64,000 nt of DNA, from the IMG/VR virus record IMGVR_UViG_3300047496_000382. One strand, given 5' to 3'. Positions 28,988 through 36,954 of the stretch are shown piece by piece. How positions within the stretch are numbered: position 1 is the stretch's first letter; every line of letters begins with the position of its first letter. The notes under the pieces were generated by a model that saw nothing but the letters and a program-made list of their open reading frames with translations, did not search any database and was not told where the DNA came from. The position numbers were made by a program, and so were the translations under genes. The stretch comes from a virus.

Positions 28988-30730
28988 ATGAACGTTCTGA
29001 TTCGCAAGCCGGACATCGGGTATCTCGACAGCGTCCTCTATGTACCGAAGTCGAAGGTGAACGCCGAAGGATTGAAGAGAGCCCTCACTTTTCAGACGAA
29101 CGACCAGCAGAATCCGCTCCCGTTCACGCTCTACAAGGAGACAGAGCACCACCTGCTCTTGCCCCGCGAGTTCTGGCTTCCTGAGGACTTCCTCTTCCCC
29201 GTCGTGGACTGCCGCCCCCAGACATTCCCGGAAGTGGAAATCAACAGCCGCATCCAGCTCGACCACGAGATGCGCGGGGGCAAGCTCGTACCGACGGGCA
29301 AGTCTGTACAGCAAGACGCGATGCGCGCACTCCTTCAGGGTCGCGGCGGCGTTCTCCAGCTGGCGTGCGGCTCGGGCAAGACAGTCGTTGCGCTCGACTT
29401 CATTGCTCGCCGGCGAACACCGGCACTCATCCTCCTCGACACTGAGGAGCTGATTCGCCAGTGGAGCGAAGAAATCGCGATGTTCCTGGACGTGCCTGGC
29501 GGCATCGGCTTGATGAAGGGCAAGGTCTTCGACTGGAAGAAGTCTGTCGTCATCGCGACGTACCACTCGCTGGCTGCGCACGCGAAGACGATGCCGGAGG
29601 AGGTCCGCCGCTGGTTTGGCACCATCGTCTGGGACGAGGCTCACCACGTCGCAGCTCCGACGTTCTCTCGCAGCGCCGACCTCTTCTATGGTTACCGCCT
29701 CGGCCTGACTGCAACGCCTGACCGTGAAGATGGCCGACACGTCATCTACAACTTCCACATCGGTCCGACGCTCTACAAGAACCTCAAGCAGGACCTCAAG
29801 CCGCGCATCTACTTCATCTGGACAGGACTCGCACTCGACCCGACAGACACGAGGGTCCAAGAGGAGACACGCGACGTCAACGGTGAGCTCCACATCGGCA
29901 AGGTGGCCGCCTTTCTCGGGAAGTGGCCGCCACGCATCCAGTTCGTACTCGACCAAATCACGCTGGCCACCGCGCAGAATCGAAAGGTGTTGGTCCTCTC
30001 GAAGTCTGTTGACGCGCTGGTGAATCTGCTTGGTGCGTGGAACAAGCAGAGTTCGCTCTACAGCGACATCCCCTTCCCCACTGCGCAGGACGTGGGTGAA
30101 ACAGAACCACCGGTAGAGCTCGAAGCGAAAGACTACGAGCGCACGGTGAAGCAGCTGCACGTCACCATCGGAAAGCTCGCGGCGCTCGCGGACAAGACGT
30201 CGGTCAAGGCACAAAGTCTCCAGAGCCAGAAGAACGCCATCGAGCTCATGCTGACGCGCCACGAAGTCTGGAAGAAGTGCGCAGCTATCTGGAACAAGAA
30301 GCGTAGTGAATTCCTAAAGCAGCTCTTGACGGTGCCCAGCACCGCAGGCTTGATGATTCACAAGGTGCCCGCCAAGAAACGCGGTGCGATGTTGCGCGCC
30401 AAGCAGGTCACCTTCGCCATCTCAAAGTACGGGCGTGAGGGCCTCAACGAGAAGAGCCTCGACACGGTGTTGGTACTCGAACCCATCCGTAGCAGGGGCA
30501 GTTTGCAGCAGCTGATGGGCCGCGTACTGCGCGCGCTCGAGGGCAAGAAGGAGCCGGTCGTCGTGTTCTTCGAAGACGACATCGGACCCTTCATAGGGAT
30601 GTGCACACGTCTCCGTCAGCATCTGCGCGAATGGTCGCCAGAAGACGGCGGCCCGTTTCACTACGAGCTGCTCGGACACCCAACCAGTAAAGGCAAAGGA
30701 AACACATGGACAACAACGGCGCGTCCCTGA
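28988..30730 (+). CDS. Superfamily 2 DExH helicase (UvsW/XPB-like)
   Basis: LACGSGKT, DEAHH, LTATPDREDG, GREGLN and QLMGRVLR. Confidence 0.9.
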   Translation: MNVLIRKPDIGYLDSVLYVPKSKVNAEGLKRALTFQTNDQQNPLPFTLYKETEHHLLLPREFWLPEDFLFPVVDCRPQTFPEVEINSRIQLDHEMRGGKLVPTGKSVQQDAMRALLQGRGGVLQLACGSGKTVVALDFIARRRTPALILLDTEELIRQWSEEIAMFLDVPGGIGLMKGKVFDWKKSVVIATYHSLAAHAKTMPEEVRRWFGTIVWDEAHHVAAPTFSRSADLFYGYRLGLTATPDREDGRHVIYNFHIGPTLYKNLKQDLKPRIYFIWTGLALDPTDTRVQEETRDVNGELHIGKVAAFLGKWPPRIQFVLDQITLATAQNRKVLVLSKSVDALVNLLGAWNKQSSLYSDIPFPTAQDVGETEPPVELEAKDYERTVKQLHVTIGKLAALADKTSVKAQSLQSQKNAIELMLTRHEVWKKCAAIWNKKRSEFLKQLLTVPSTAGLMIHKVPAKKRGAMLRAKQVTFAISKYGREGLNEKSLDTVLVLEPIRSRGSLQQLMGRVLRALEGKKEPVVVFFEDDIGPFIGMCTRLRQHLREWSPEDGGPFHYELLGHPTSKGKGNTWTTTARP

Positions 30731-31200
30731 GCGAAGTCAGACACAACGTCAAAGAGAAGTGGGCTGTGTTCGTCTGCGGCAACCGCTGCATCATCGGCCG
30801 ACTTCTGCAGTTCGAAGAAGGGGACCGCGCAGAGCTGAGCAACGGCGAGCTCGCCGACGCCGTAGAAGCGACGCCAGTTCTTCGTCTCGGCAGCGCCATC
30901 GACCTCTTCTCGCCGCTCCGCCCTGTTCAAGTGCAAGGCGCAGACGGCAAGCCGGCAATGGCCTTCGCACGCGACCCGGTAGTCACGGCGCTCGACTTCA
31001 CGGTGCACCCCGTCACCGTGAACATGCGGAGCTACGACTTCTTCTACGTCATCGACGAGATGCACGAAGACGACAAGAAGACCTACCTCGGCTTCATCAA
31101 GAACGTCCAGGAGATGTCCCAACGCTCACGCGCAGCGAAGCTCGACATCGTGCTTCCCGGCAACGGTCCATTGCCCCAGCCACCGCAGCGGCGAGGCTGA
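30706..31200 (+). CDS. Hypothetical protein
   Basis: 164 aa in the operon, RBS present, phage-like codon usage. Confidence 0.6.
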   Translation: MDNNGASLSEVRHNVKEKWAVFVCGNRCIIGRLLQFEEGDRAELSNGELADAVEATPVLRLGSAIDLFSPLRPVQVQGADGKPAMAFARDPVVTALDFTVHPVTVNMRSYDFFYVIDEMHEDDKKTYLGFIKNVQEMSQRSRAAKLDIVLPGNGPLPQPPQRRG

Positions 31201-32054
31201 TGGTCCCCTCGTACAAGAAGTCGTTACAGGTCCTCTACGACGAGTGGAAGGACTGCAGCGCCTGCGCTCTGGGTGAACAGCGCATCGCGCGCAACGGCCA
31301 CTTTGTCTTCGGGACGGGGACGCTCCGCAGCATCATGTTCATCGGCGAGGGTCCAGGAGACAACGAGGAGCAGGCCGGACAGCCCTTCTGTGGAAAGTCC
31401 GGCACGCTCTTGCGTTCTGTGCTCAAGGCGCTCCAGGTGGAGGACTTCTACCTGACCAATCTGGTGGCGTGCCGGTCCTGCTCTCCACAGGTCGACGCCG
31501 CAGGACAACCAGTCTTCTTCCAACGTCGGCGCGGCCCGCCACGTCAGATGTTCCGCGATGAACCGCCGACCACATCACAAGTGAAGGCATGTCTCCCCCG
31601 CCTCCAGCAGGAAATCTACCTCGTCGACCCCGTCGTCATCGTGGGCCTGGGCGCAGAGTCTACGCGCGCGCTCGCCGGTAGCGGCATCAGCATCACCAAG
31701 GAGCGCGGTGACGACTACCGCATCTCCATCCCGGGCGCTCACTTCAAGCCCGTACTGACAGGCAAGAAGGAATGGGCGCACGGACGCAAGGACGCGCTGA
31801 CCTATCCCGTCGAGCAAGGCGAGGTCGACTACTTGTTCATCCCCACGTTGCACCCCGCATACGTGCTGCGGAAGAAGGACGACAAGGACATCGACAGCCC
31901 CTACCGCCAGTTCGTGACGGACGTGCGAAAGGCCGCGCGCGTCTACGAGGAGTACCTCAAAGAGACACACGGCATTCGCCTGAAGGCACGAGAAACGCCG
32001 TACACCATCGACGACATCGTCAACATCTCGGAACAAGCACTCGACGACGAGTGA
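31200..32054 (+). CDS. udg: Uracil-DNA glycosylase family 4 (Fe-S type)
   Basis: True start MVPSYKK (TGATG overlap); CSAC, MFIGEGPG, YLTNLVACR, CLPRL and LHPAYVLR. Confidence 0.88.
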   Translation: MVPSYKKSLQVLYDEWKDCSACALGEQRIARNGHFVFGTGTLRSIMFIGEGPGDNEEQAGQPFCGKSGTLLRSVLKALQVEDFYLTNLVACRSCSPQVDAAGQPVFFQRRRGPPRQMFRDEPPTTSQVKACLPRLQQEIYLVDPVVIVGLGAESTRALAGSGISITKERGDDYRISIPGAHFKPVLTGKKEWAHGRKDALTYPVEQGEVDYLFIPTLHPAYVLRKKDDKDIDSPYRQFVTDVRKAARVYEEYLKETHGIRLKARETPYTIDDIVNISEQALDDE

Positions 32055-32062
32055 GGAGCCCC

Positions 32063-32506
32063 ATGGCTGCGAAGAAGCGAGACATCAAGAAGGTCGACAT
32101 CACGGCGGTGCCTGAAGTCGTCGAGTTCGAGAACGCGAAGGCCGAGCTGCAGGGCTTCAAGGAGATGCACGCAGACGTCTTCGCCGAGTACGCCGAGTAC
32201 GTCGAGAGGTACAACACGACGCTCGAGGCGGCCGAGCGCGCGTGCCGTGAAAAAGAGGCGAGCTGCGGTGACTTCGACCTCTACCAGTACACGACCAAGT
32301 ACGACGCCGAAGCTCTCTACAACGCCGTCGGGCGCGACGAATTCATGAAGCTCGGTGGGAAAATCGACACTGTCGCCAAGTACAGCGTCGAGAAGGCCCG
32401 CATCGAAGCTGCCATCGCGCAGGGACTCGTCACACCCGCCGTCGCAGCGGTCGTCCGCAAAGAGGTGCCGAGCTACCACGTTCCAGACAAAGTGGTCCTG
32501 GCGTGA
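32063..32506 (+). CDS. Hypothetical coiled protein, weakly Gam/Gp157-like
   Basis: Start moved to MAAKKRD behind RBS GAGGAG; C-terminal VEKARIEAAI pattern. The function call is weak. Confidence 0.5.
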   Translation: MAAKKRDIKKVDITAVPEVVEFENAKAELQGFKEMHADVFAEYAEYVERYNTTLEAAERACREKEASCGDFDLYQYTTKYDAEALYNAVGRDEFMKLGGKIDTVAKYSVEKARIEAAIAQGLVTPAVAAVVRKEVPSYHVPDKVVLA

Positions 32507-32811
32507 GGGCCGTGGTGACCGCAGAGAAGAAGGGCGAGAAGCCCGTGGTCTTGCGCGACCAGCAATTCGACCCACTCACCGCGCTCTACACGCCGGGGCC
32601 TGGACCGCACGCCAACATCGGGTTCAACATCGGACGACAGGTCAACTTCGGCGAGCTGTCCATCAAGGCCATCGTCACGGTGCAGTGTGACCAGAACGAG
32701 CAGACTGTTCGTCGCGCTGCGGAAATGGCCTTCGGCATCGCACTCGACTTCATGAACGAGGGCTTCGAGACCTTGATGCCCGTCGCCAGGACGCCCAAGG
32801 AGGGAGCATGA
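32503..32811 (+). CDS. Hypothetical protein
   Basis: 102 aa with a 4-nt overlap to the upstream gene. Confidence 0.55.
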   Translation: MRAVVTAEKKGEKPVVLRDQQFDPLTALYTPGPGPHANIGFNIGRQVNFGELSIKAIVTVQCDQNEQTVRRAAEMAFGIALDFMNEGFETLMPVARTPKEGA

Positions 32812-33146
32812 TTCGAGGCACACCGATGTTCGACGCGCTGGTCGTCGGAGACTTCACCTGCGACCTAACAGGCGCCACCGTGGCGCTCGTCGCGAAGGCG
32901 GCGTTCGTCAACCGTGAAACGGGGCACACGCACGGCTGGACACGTCAGACGTCGTGGTCTCCGGCAACGCTGTCGAAGCTCGCAGAGCTCCGCACGCTGA
33001 TGGAAATAGACCTTGGGCGTACGCACCTCATCGACGGAGGTGAGGATGTCTCCGGTAGTCAGTTCGTTCGTCCGCAGCCATCGCAGGGTGACGCAGACGG
33101 CGATGGCGAAGGCGGACTCGGCGCACATCTCGCGACGCCGGCGTAG
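32808..33146 (+). CDS. Hypothetical protein
   Basis: 112 aa with a 4-nt overlap and RBS GGAGG. Confidence 0.55.
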   Translation: MIRGTPMFDALVVGDFTCDLTGATVALVAKAAFVNRETGHTHGWTRQTSWSPATLSKLAELRTLMEIDLGRTHLIDGGEDVSGSQFVRPQPSQGDADGDGEGGLGAHLATPA

Positions 33147-33156
33147 CCGCAATGGA

Positions 33157-33253
33157 TTGTGGTGCCTGTAAGAAACACCACAACAGGTAGTAGCGCAGAG
33201 CGGACAGTTGACCTTTGGCCCTTCACCGGCCAAGTTGACCGCCCGCTCTGCGC
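33157..33253. other. Tandem inverted repeats (two hairpins) upstream of dnaB
   Basis: TTGTGGTG...CACCACAA at 33157-33183 and GCGCAGAGCGG...CCGCTCTGCGC at 33193-33253, with an internal AGTTGACC direct repeat. Confidence 0.6.
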
Positions 33254-33279
33254 GTCTCCGCAAACAGTTTCTAGCCACC

Positions 33280-33289
33280 GGGATAAGAC
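33280..33289 (+). promoter_or_regulatory. Putative phage promoter motif GGGATAAGAC
   Basis: 46 nt before the dnaB ATG. Confidence 0.55.
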
Positions 33290-33325
33290 CAGTGCCCCGC
33301 CACCTGAACCTCGAAAGGGAGATGG

Positions 33326-34726
33326 ATGTCCGCTGAGTTTTCGCTCATCACGCGTATCTTGACCACCGGCGACATCGAGCCGGTGCTGAAGTTCGGCATC
33401 ACGAAGGACGACTTCGTGCAAGGCGCAGCTCGCACGTACTGGGACTACATCCTCAACTACTACTCGAACCCCGGCACACATGGGTCAGTCATCAACATCC
33501 CCGCGACTGAACGCCACTTCGGCCAGTTCACCGGGGTCGATGCCCATCCGTCGTACACCACAGAAGCACTCTGTTCTGAAGTTCGACGCGCACGCATCTA
33601 CACGCAAGCCTCCGAAGCACTGGTGGCCTGCTCGAACCGCATCAGCTCTCCGCTAGAGGCGCCAGAAGCCGCGCTTGCAGAGCTGCAGGCGAAGCTGCAA
33701 GGCCTCATCGCACTGGGTAGCCGCGGCAACACCGACGTCTTCATGGCCCCCGCCCTGAGCCGTCTCGTCAACCGCCTGCGCATGATGAAAGACGGGCACG
33801 ACTTCTCCACGATGAAGTGGCCCTGGGAGGTTCTCAACCGCGCCACACAGGGCATCCAGCCCGACGACTACGTGGTGTTCTACGGCCGTCCGAAGAACAT
33901 GAAGACGTGGGTCCTGTGCGCCCTCATCGCATGGGCCTTCGAGAACGGGAAGCGCTTCCTCGTCTACACGAAGGAGATGACACCCGACAATCTCTACCAG
34001 CGCGTTGCCGCCTGCATCTGTCGCCTGGACTACTCCGGCATCACCACTGGCACGCTCAGCGATGCGGAGCTGCACGAGCTGGAGATGCTGACCGCGGCGG
34101 TCGAACAGGACTTGCTGATGAGTCAGCAGATGACTGTACTTGCTGGCGCCGACGTTGCGCCCGGCGCAGACACCGTTGCGTGGCTCGAGGGCAAGGTCAA
34201 GCAGTACAAGCCCGACATCCTGTTCGTCGACGGCATGTACCTCCTGTCCGATGAGCAAGCGAAGAAGGGCACTGCTGACCACGTGCGCGTGATGAACATC
34301 TCGCGCGGACTCCGCGCCATGATTCTGCGTACGAAGGTGCCTGTCATCTGCACCCTGCAGGCGAACCGAAAGGCAGCGGGGCATAGCGCCGCGAACCTCG
34401 AGGAAATCGCCTACTCGGACGCCATCGGTCAGGACGCCACACTCGCTGCACGCGTCATCGCCGACAAGAACAGCCCGACGGTGTCCATCTTGGTTGGCGG
34501 CTCGCGCGAGTTCAAACTCCACGGTTTTCGCATCAACGGCGTGCCCGCGCGTGATTTTAGCTACCACTCTGAGCTGACCGAGAGTGACATCCAGAAGGCC
34601 CTTGAAGCGGAAGCCGAAGAGGCCGAGGAGCAAGCAAAGCAGGCGAAGCAAGCGAGGAAGAAGGGGGGCCTCCGTGCACCCGCAGCGGTGCCGAACGCGA
34701 ACATGCGCGAGGTTGGACCACAGTGA
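33326..34726 (+). CDS. dnaB: Replicative DNA helicase, DnaB-like
   Basis: YGRPKNMKTW (Walker A variant), FVDGMYLL, LQANR and IAYSDAIGQDA. Confidence 0.88.
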   Translation: MSAEFSLITRILTTGDIEPVLKFGITKDDFVQGAARTYWDYILNYYSNPGTHGSVINIPATERHFGQFTGVDAHPSYTTEALCSEVRRARIYTQASEALVACSNRISSPLEAPEAALAELQAKLQGLIALGSRGNTDVFMAPALSRLVNRLRMMKDGHDFSTMKWPWEVLNRATQGIQPDDYVVFYGRPKNMKTWVLCALIAWAFENGKRFLVYTKEMTPDNLYQRVAACICRLDYSGITTGTLSDAELHELEMLTAAVEQDLLMSQQMTVLAGADVAPGADTVAWLEGKVKQYKPDILFVDGMYLLSDEQAKKGTADHVRVMNISRGLRAMILRTKVPVICTLQANRKAAGHSAANLEEIAYSDAIGQDATLAARVIADKNSPTVSILVGGSREFKLHGFRINGVPARDFSYHSELTESDIQKALEAEAEEAEEQAKQAKQARKKGGLRAPAAVPNANMREVGPQ

Positions 34727-35745
34727 GCGCAGAAGAAGTCCTGCGCGTCGTCGCGCCGTATCTCTCGAAGTACCGCAGGACGAGCAACGCCGAGCTGAAC
34801 GCGGTCTGTCCGTTCCACCGAAAGGCGGACGGCCGCGAAGAGAAGGGCCCGTCTTTCTACCTCAACCTGATGACTGGCCTCTGGTGGTGCCACTCGTGCC
34901 ATCTCGGCGGCGGTCTTCGCAAGTTCCTCCGTGAAGCAGGGGCACCCACCACTGAGTTCACGAGGAATGCGTACTTGCTGGAGGAGGTCGCAAAGAACGC
35001 ACCGCCTCGTCCAGACCCCGCGCGCCCGCGGTCGCCCTCAAGCGATGCGCCTCTCGAAGAGCAGTTCCTCGGTCTCTTCGACACCATTCCGCAGCAACTC
35101 CTCGAGCCGGAGATTGACGACGACGGACGCATCGACGCCCCGTACAGCGCCGAGGTGATACGGCACTTGGACATCGGTCTCGACCGCGTGCACCAGCGCA
35201 TCACCTTCCCGCTGCGTGACATGGACTGCAGGCTTATCGGCATCAGCGGACGCGCCATCGAGAAAGGAGTGAAACCCCGCTACAAAGTCTACGACAAGGA
35301 GTACCTGCGCTGGGGTCTTCCGGAGAGGAAGCTGGAGAAGAGCGCGATGCTCTGGAACTACCAGAACGTGCTGCCGCAGGTTCTGTTCACCGAACCGAAG
35401 GACCGATACGTTGTCCTCGTCGAGGGCTTCAAGGCCTGCATGCGCCTCGTCGATTCGGGCATAAGGAGCACGGTGGCCCTGCTAGGCTCCTACCTCGCAC
35501 CAGAGCAACTGTGGTTGCTCGAACGTCTCGGAGCAACAGTCTTCGTGATGCTCGACAATGACGAAGCCGGATATAACGCCATCCTCCCTACCTGCCTACT
35601 GCTGTCGAAAAGCCTCCCAGTCCGTCTGGTGGGCTACGAAGCAGACCAGCCAAACTACCTGACCGCCGAGGAGATACACACCGCTCTGGACAACGCGCCG
35701 TTCTTCCTGCCCTGGTACATCAGCCAAAAACTTCAACAGAACTGA
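34723..35745 (+). CDS. dnaG: DNA primase (CHC2 Zn finger plus TOPRIM)
   Basis: CPFH...CHSC, ITFPLRD...SGR, VEGFKA and MLDNDEAG. Confidence 0.88.
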   Translation: MSAEEVLRVVAPYLSKYRRTSNAELNAVCPFHRKADGREEKGPSFYLNLMTGLWWCHSCHLGGGLRKFLREAGAPTTEFTRNAYLLEEVAKNAPPRPDPARPRSPSSDAPLEEQFLGLFDTIPQQLLEPEIDDDGRIDAPYSAEVIRHLDIGLDRVHQRITFPLRDMDCRLIGISGRAIEKGVKPRYKVYDKEYLRWGLPERKLEKSAMLWNYQNVLPQVLFTEPKDRYVVLVEGFKACMRLVDSGIRSTVALLGSYLAPEQLWLLERLGATVFVMLDNDEAGYNAILPTCLLLSKSLPVRLVGYEADQPNYLTAEEIHTALDNAPFFLPWYISQKLQQN

Positions 35746-35754
35746 CGAGGACAC

Positions 35755-36906
35755 ATGGCCTTCGGAAAAGACTCTCGTGGGAAAAGTGCAGTCGGCAACT
35801 TCCGCCAGATGAGTGAGAAGTTCGCGACCAACGGCCGCCCGCAGCGCAGCGGCAAGGGCGGAGTGCCCTACTTCATCAACCAGTACAAGCCGCCTGTCGC
35901 AGAGACGGACCGCATCCGCCTGCGTCCTGGACAGTACCTGCAGCCCGACGTGCGTATTGGCGACGACGGTAAGCCTCTCGTCGTAGACGTCGAGATGCCC
36001 TACATCAAGTTCATCGAGCACTTCGACGGCGGACGCAACAAGAGTTGCATCTGCAGCGCGGGCGCTCTCGCTGGCTACAAGGACCTTCGGCGGCCGTGCC
36101 GTGGCTGCGACATCTTCTGGGCGACCTGCGCGCGCAACAGCGAAGGCCGTCTCGAGTCGCAGCGCATGAGCAAACAGAACAAGTTCGCGCTCAGCATCTT
36201 CGACTTCGGCAAGTACCACAAGGTCGAGCAACGCGACCCAACCACCGGACAAGTCAAGGTCAGCAGCAGCACCAAGGAGCCGTACTTCAACTGGCTCAAG
36301 TGCGTCGGCCAGGGCTGCCAGTGGTGCCGCGAGAACAAGGAGACCAAGGTCGGTGACGCGCGTCACTGGCCGATGAGCTTCTCCGACTTCCAGGTCATCC
36401 GCAGCATCGACCCGAACGTCGGACGGAGCTGCGCACGCTGCGGCACCGTCGACTGCATCCAGAGCCTCGCGTGGCTGTGCACGAACTGCGGCGAGGCGGT
36501 CATCGACATGTCATCGACCACGATGACGAACAAGGAGATTCTCGACACAACGGACAAGGACGTCACGTGCGCCCTCTGCCAGAATGTCGGTCTCCTCACG
36601 GAAATCTACGAGTGCCTTCCCTGCTCGCAACGCGGACAAGAGGGCATCCGCGCCTCGGTCTTCGATGTCGACCTCTACGTCACGCTCGTCGACGTGGGGA
36701 ACAACAAGAAGATTCTCCAGGTCTCGCGGTGGTCAGCGCCGTACCTGCTCGGACCGGAGTACAACGACATCGCGAAGCCTGTCGACCTCGTGACGTTGTT
36801 CAAGCCGACGCCGATGGCGACACAGGAGGAGCTCTTCGGTCCGGTGCCGAACACGCAGCCGACTGGGCCTGTCGCTGACCCGGGTACCGGGAAGCAGTAC
36901 GCCTGA
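35755..36906 (+). CDS. Probable single-stranded DNA-binding protein with multiple Zn ribbons
   Basis: Between primase and PolA; EHFD..CIC...CRGC pattern reminiscent of gp32-type phage SSBs, plus further CxxC pairs. Confidence 0.5.
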   Translation: MAFGKDSRGKSAVGNFRQMSEKFATNGRPQRSGKGGVPYFINQYKPPVAETDRIRLRPGQYLQPDVRIGDDGKPLVVDVEMPYIKFIEHFDGGRNKSCICSAGALAGYKDLRRPCRGCDIFWATCARNSEGRLESQRMSKQNKFALSIFDFGKYHKVEQRDPTTGQVKVSSSTKEPYFNWLKCVGQGCQWCRENKETKVGDARHWPMSFSDFQVIRSIDPNVGRSCARCGTVDCIQSLAWLCTNCGEAVIDMSSTTMTNKEILDTTDKDVTCALCQNVGLLTEIYECLPCSQRGQEGIRASVFDVDLYVTLVDVGNNKKILQVSRWSAPYLLGPEYNDIAKPVDLVTLFKPTPMATQEELFGPVPNTQPTGPVADPGTGKQYA

Positions 36907-36945
36907 TGACACAGGGGCCCACCTTCGGGTGGGCCCTCACTTCAC
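36907..36945 (+). promoter_or_regulatory. Conserved stem-loop element TGACACAG-[stem]-TCACTTCAC (copy 2)
   Basis: GGGCCCACC-TTCG-GGTGGGCCC directly before the polA RBS. Confidence 0.5.
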
Positions 36946-36954
36946 GAGGTTTAT

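Noticed and set aside
30759-31199. Apparent N-terminal extension on the UDG ORF (431 aa in the track)
   Set aside because: It overlaps the 30706-31200 gene; the real start is the coupled ATG at 31200, so this is not a fusion.
35458-35467. Fifth GGNATAAG copy (GGCATAAGGA)
   Set aside because: It lies inside dnaG about 300 nt from the next start, so it is not listed as a feature; it could be chance or an internal promoter for the SSB gene.
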